The notes under the pieces were generated by a model, which worked only from the letters and a program-made list of their open reading frames with translations, did no database searches and was not told where the DNA came from. Positions 60,301-64,000 of a stretch of DNA of 64,000 nucleotides are shown here, piece by piece. The stretch comes from Amphiscolops sp. MND2022. Lineage: Eukaryota. The stretch covers positions 14,324,001 through 14,388,000 of the forward strand of contig OZ076409.1 in assembly GCA_964187785.1 (NCBI GenBank). The letters are read 5' to 3'. Both the position numbers and the translations under genes were made by a program. The number at the start of each line of letters is the position of its first letter. The first letter of the stretch is position 1.

Positions 60301-61681
60301 ATACTCCACCCTGGTGTTCGCCTCCGGCCTATTCGTGGGCGTAGACCAATCCCAACCACTACATAACTCCGACCAGCAGATCTCACGGGAAACGGCAGGA
60401 TTCCCCATGCCGCAGCAGATTGCAGATCTCACCCTGGCTGAAGTAGAAGATTTTGTGGCAGCAATGGCTCCTGTCTTGGCCCCTATCTTTGGCGCAGTGG
60501 GCGTGTGCCGATACCCAACTAAACCATTGGCAACAGCCGTCCAAGTGCACATGGTCTCCTTTAGTACCTACCTGCGGGGCCGGCCCTCACTGACGTATCC
60601 AAGGGTAATACATGCAGTGCTGAGTGGTGAGGTGCCGCATGGGTACACGACCATAAAATCCGAAAGAGAGTTGGAGGAGAACTTGATGGGCTTGCTGCGC
60701 GCGCGCACCAGGAAAGCATGTCCTCTACCCCGAGAGCATGGACCTGTGAACTGGTATTCCGCACCTCTCAGTTTGGAAGGGGTCCCCTTTAGGTTCCCCT
60801 GGAGTCAAGAGTTCATGAGGAAGGCGATTCGCGCCAGCACTAGTGCTGGTCCACCTGTGGACCCTTTGTACTGCTTCAAATGCATCGCCTTCCCAAACCG
60901 CTATTGGAAGGAGCCGTTAGGTTGGCCCAGGGCAAAACCCGTTGGACGCGCCCCAGAGGTGTTCAACCGCCAAATCCAACACTTGGAGTCAGCCCAGATC
61001 CCAGGATGGATTGAAGGCGCTGCTCAGATCAGGCAGAGGAATCTCCAATCCCGCGTTATCCCATTCCCCAGGAAGTCGGCATGGAAGCCTACGGGAAAGA
61101 TGACCATGTCTGGAGATATGTCCATCGTCCAGCATGATGAGATAAATTCCGTGTTGGGCTCAACAGAACGAGCGAGATGGGAAGAGTACTGTCTGGAGTT
61201 GGAGATTGCACGCTTCCCTAAATGGAAGAGAGCTTGCGAGCTCTGGAGCCAATCTGGATGGATCTCACGCCGTGTAGCACTAGCGGTAGAAGGTAGAGCA
61301 GAGATAGCGAGACAACAGGCGTTCGCGCCTACCATGCTCGCACCAACGATGGCGATGTCTTTGGATCGGCCCATCTCTCAACCGATCACCATTAACCTTC
61401 CAACCCATAACTTGGAGCCAGACCCAGTTGGCCCGTCTTCGTCGCGAACGAGCCCTCAGTCCTCGCAGCAGCAGTCCGGAGAGCACACTGCCGAATTGAC
61501 TCCCAATGCAGCACTAGTGCAGCCTATTGCCGAGTTGTCGCTCCCCGAAAGTCCGTCGGACTCTGAAACAGTTACCACAGAAGTTTCTCCCCGACGTCGA
61601 GCGTCAGTGTCGACTGATAACCCAGAACAGAACCTAGATGATTCCACTGAAGAGCGGACCCGACGCAGTTCAGCTCAATAA
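57374..61681 (+). CDS. 1435-aa extra ORF in env position; putative degenerate SGNH/GDSL-fold domain plus hydrophobic helical region
   Basis: Uninterrupted 4.3-kb ATG-initiated ORF between pol and the PPT; AVDS, MP, NLLD, SPPG and DLRPD blocks are spaced like SGNH blocks; no signal peptide. Confidence 0.9.
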   Translation: MAYYPNNTVPISTTGPHAKRTQELPARAQRTNQVQYVEERLRNGLSPLAVAGVAALLTQLDTMQTLPGVSVSLVTEVAGYRRTLTCQNNAWDGHDLTHQFLDERSTTMLGPSQGTRFEQEASLCMVPASVATMPPPQMVALPPPAPNPVPMTPTYSGSPAFGTSYRAPHMVLQTTTNAPVSDREPSGSRLPPIPNPELTGRSTSEQAVIVALQAVANYPNSTDFVRAVEQRIPGLATYLKAAAQPAGCDPPAPLVETASMDMEIVAGPSNSASAASGTREEAGRKRLTEETVSVTPAGSVTESPTSRPPPDKRADVPRPQLKSVVIPRPPYRVGHLGRSAPQMSLADAIEQYGDPDAGSEVSSVPSGTNPIDMSLEIPETVEEAHPPAFLPPSDDVSGSVVTNDSKRIWMAAEHLYPSQCAIKKRTPPTETEQKEINRTTIPAQVTRSLRPRDADMSEQAWEQRAREQLPMTTNDYMAPLQHNITEQFPARYVLREGETWEANARYARNLRSLKPLLKAALQRARYCMAVDSTCRSDLPIDNLMPDVLVLTMPLSRFAEVAEMVGAIYDPNLRESQKEPPPQRVIFANLLDHMACEGLLHDLDAIMSNVRRLGDIAALVNEVVGAMERAAGILRGRLGALALFVSPPGFMYWPRSLQQFVYILLEVCKARRVEFTICAPNLRVDREDLRPDTLSYPAFFAAVSRALVAIERSGNAQLTIDDAILYDYGMRMGRLAFDLDGNRIARESNVTEREAVRRYNWLVRRDKEIPVRAELADLTKQIGAWPAARTVERTIPQIHFALGIEPVKLPVGLRCIVAMEATNLKAEVDAAATTYAYWYQTRFATRTLAEVARELNCPLEAFCTSLGLGWNLEVLTSEFSLTRTQTDKLLETIGEATVGEILALALAMGPTKFVAGPLALLADMVIACDLTVFYSYLVLAQGQLRSLTRWGHLMTSEDQQDYSAQLERMRASIQHWLYSTLVFASGLFVGVDQSQPLHNSDQQISRETAGFPMPQQIADLTLAEVEDFVAAMAPVLAPIFGAVGVCRYPTKPLATAVQVHMVSFSTYLRGRPSLTYPRVIHAVLSGEVPHGYTTIKSERELEENLMGLLRARTRKACPLPREHGPVNWYSAPLSLEGVPFRFPWSQEFMRKAIRASTSAGPPVDPLYCFKCIAFPNRYWKEPLGWPRAKPVGRAPEVFNRQIQHLESAQIPGWIEGAAQIRQRNLQSRVIPFPRKSAWKPTGKMTMSGDMSIVQHDEINSVLGSTERARWEEYCLELEIARFPKWKRACELWSQSGWISRRVALAVEGRAEIARQQAFAPTMLAPTMAMSLDRPISQPITINLPTHNLEPDPVGPSSSRTSPQSSQQQSGEHTAELTPNAALVQPIAELSLPESPSDSETVTTEVSPRRRASVSTDNPEQNLDDSTEERTRRSSAQ

Positions 61682-62425
61682 ACCCAGCCGCTAATGGGAG
61701 CGTTCGCGCTCCCTATACCCTCATAAACTGCCAACAAACAGTGCCTCAAAACTTTTCATCCAGAACGGTGCTACAGTACAAAGTGCAATTTTTGTTCTTA
61801 GTTATGGTTATATAATTAGTGTACCATTAGTGTTGCACTGGGTGTACGGCCAATAGAGTACGCCTGCCCCAGTGGCTTGAGTGACCAAGCAGAAAGAAAA
61901 GAAAACTATTGTTCAAAAAAACTATCATTTTTGTTGTGCACCGTTCGCGGTGTTTTTGAGTTGTCACAATCAAAAGAAGTCTTATCCCTCTTGATTGCGT
62001 TTCTTTCTAGTCTAGTGTTCTTCATCAATCTGGTTGTTCACCGTAAGAGCCCCCAAGCTCTAAAAAAGTTTTTAATCGCCTGAAATGAACTGAAGACTTG
62101 TAGTCTCAAATGGTAAGGAAAAGAAATTTTAGCTGACTTTGGTCGCAAAAAGGTTTTTACACAAGTTGACTGCCCAAACGAATTTTAACCGGCTGAAAAC
62201 TGTAGCTCTCGAGCTGGTGCTAAAACCTCGTTCATGTTTTGTACGAATAGCTAGGCAGTAAGTTCTTTTTTTTTTCTCTCGTAAAAAAACTGCAAAGTCG
62301 ACCAAAATTGTTGCCGAAAAACAAGGACTCGTCCTTGTTCCCCGATGTGTGGATGATGGTTCCCAGCAGTCACTGTGATGCAGTTCCCAGACGATCCAGA
62401 CGCCGCTTGCCAGGGACGACAAGCC

Positions 62426-62442
62426 AGGAGCCTGGGGAGTGA
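62426..62442 (+). promoter_or_regulatory. Polypurine tract
   Basis: AGGAGCCTGGGGAGTGA directly before the 3' LTR TGTAACGG. Confidence 0.7.
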
Positions 62443-63172
62443 TGTAACGGCAAGCTCTGGTACAGCAACATCAACCGACATGTTTAGAAAATTTTGTCAA
62501 AAATTCGTTCAAATTTGACGTGGCACTCAAACATGCTCAAGACGAAGTACCTGCCAGAAAAAGTACCCCAAAAAAGCAGAAATCGCCGCTCGCGACGAAC
62601 AAGCACCGGAGACGACTACGAAGACGTCCCCAACGCATACAGAACACGGTATTGTGTCAATCTCTAGGAGATATCCATTACTACAGTAAAGGAAACCAGT
62701 GTTCCAGATGTTCGCCTGAGTATCCCTGTGGTATCATGTGTGGCAACTAGCGCTAGCGCTGGGAACCTGAGGTCAATTCTCATCAAATGACTCTGAACTC
62801 TTGATTTCTTGTTGTATTTTTCGATGTGGTAGATTAATATGCTCGAGAGATGTTGTTTAACATCTGTTTATTCAATTTGGCGATTTTATCAGATTCTCCA
62901 ATATTACGGTTCAACCTTCATCGATTTTCAGCCCAATTTTTAAAGGCTAGTTGAGCAGTGGTCTTGAGTCTTGCAAGATGCCTGTTACTTTTAGCAGTTA
63001 CAGACTAGGACCAGGCCAGAGAGCGTCCTACGAGACGGTTCCCCCACCTTGGGACTGGCTCCTTCGGAGGAAAAATGAGCTAGGGCCGCGGAGATCTAGG
63101 TCCCAGATTATATTCGCTGTTCTAGTTCCTCCACTCTACGTTGCGGTTCAAGCGCCAGCGCTTATCGTTACA
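62443..63172 (+). repeat. 3' LTR, full length (730 bp)
   Basis: TGTAACG...CGTTACA terminal inverted repeat; first 432 bp match the 5' LTR. Confidence 0.93.
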
Positions 63173-63331
63173 TACCTCAGTCACTTTTTGATTGTTTTGT
63201 ACCTAACAGGTAAGAATTTTTCGATCAAGTCTTCATCGCAAATTAGCAAACCTAATAATAGTGACAGGTAAATTAGCTTTTTTGATCAGATCCAATGAAG
63301 AGGAAGGAAAACAAACCGGGAACGGCCAATG
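63173..63331 (+). repeat. 159-bp direct repeat, right flank of Gypsy element
   Basis: Starts at the base immediately after the LTR CA; matches 46099-46257. Confidence 0.97.
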
Positions 63332-64000
63332 TCGGCGCCCCGCTCAAGGTGCAAAAAATTAGAGTTCTTTAAGCATGTAAAAGGACACTATAAATAAAAG
63401 TTTTTTATTCTTACAGTGCAAAAAACCCGAAGTACTCGGAAACCACTTTTTGCCCAACTGGAAGCAATAAAACCCCCGAAAATGTTTTTTTTCTTCGGAA
63501 AATGTCACATAGAGCTCAAAACTTTAAGGAGTCTTCTGTGTTCGCAAAACGGTTCGTTTCTAGTAGAAATCGGAGGCTTCGATAAAATCAAATTAGGGAA
63601 AAGTCGTATAGTACCGGATATAGCGTGCTGGTTCACCTAATTTTAAGACGAAAAATAATCATGTTGAAAAATCTCACAATTCCGAAATGTGTAGAAAGGG
63701 GGCACTTTGGGCTTTTTGAAAATCCAGTTTGTTGCAAAATATCAAAAATTGAAGGGTGACTTTTGGAGACATTGAAAAAGTTTGGAAAAAATGTTTCACA
63801 ATGCCGAAAAAAATTGAAAGGGTCTCGTCCATTTAGCATTGTCCGGATTTGCAAATGCACCAAAAAGTTCCTGGCTGAAGCAGGGACTCGAACCGAAATC
63901 GCTGGGTATCCCCTAAACCGGTTTATCTCTGTACCAAAAAGTGGTGCATAGAGGGTGAGCTCTGTTGTCTGGAGGGGAAAAAAGAAAAAACTAACCACTG
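63311..64000 (-). mobile_element. HINE/DINE-1-like copy running off the window
   Basis: ACAAACCGGGAACGGCCAATGTCGGCGCC terminus and the family's internal modules. Confidence 0.6.

Larger units (their letters stand above)
46264..63172 (+). mobile_element. Giant Ty3/Gypsy LTR retrotransposon (~16.9 kb) with extended pol and an extra 3' ORF
   Basis: TG...CA LTRs, PPT, and domain order gag-PR-RT-RNaseH-IN. Confidence 0.97.

Noticed and set aside
47634..61647. Many short antisense and alternate-frame ORFs within the Gypsy element
   Set aside because: Expected shadows of GC-richer coding sequence; no motifs.
57374..61681. Classical env glycoprotein; also ORF3 intactness as proof of selection
   Set aside because: No signal peptide or C-terminal anchor. 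Four frame lesions in ~9.3 kb of gag-pol predict only about two in 4.3 kb, so zero is compatible with chance.

Overview
AT-rich, repeat-dense eukaryotic (animal-like) genomic DNA with no host gene I can support, and a 200-N gap at 40115-40314. From left to right it holds: a decayed BEL/Pao retrotransposon cut off by a 933-bp inverted duplication; many non-autonomous elements (hAT and Tc1/mariner MITEs, an abundant Helentron/DINE-1-like family, and a family carrying a tRNA-like segment); a ~5.4-kb head-to-tail unit in ~1.6 copies with an intronless JmjC pseudogene; a LINE 3' remnant; and an inverted solo LTR. The main feature is a young ~16.9-kb Ty3/Gypsy element (46264-63172). Its gag-pol appears to carry a pseudo-protease, and its integrase tail carries an AT-hook and two TARG1/Poa1p-like macrodomains. 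It also has an intact 1435-aa ORF in the env position with an SGNH-like fold and no signal peptide, and it is flanked by a 159-bp direct duplication instead of a 4-6 bp TSD. Remote domain calls come from motif recognition by eye and need profile or structure searches.
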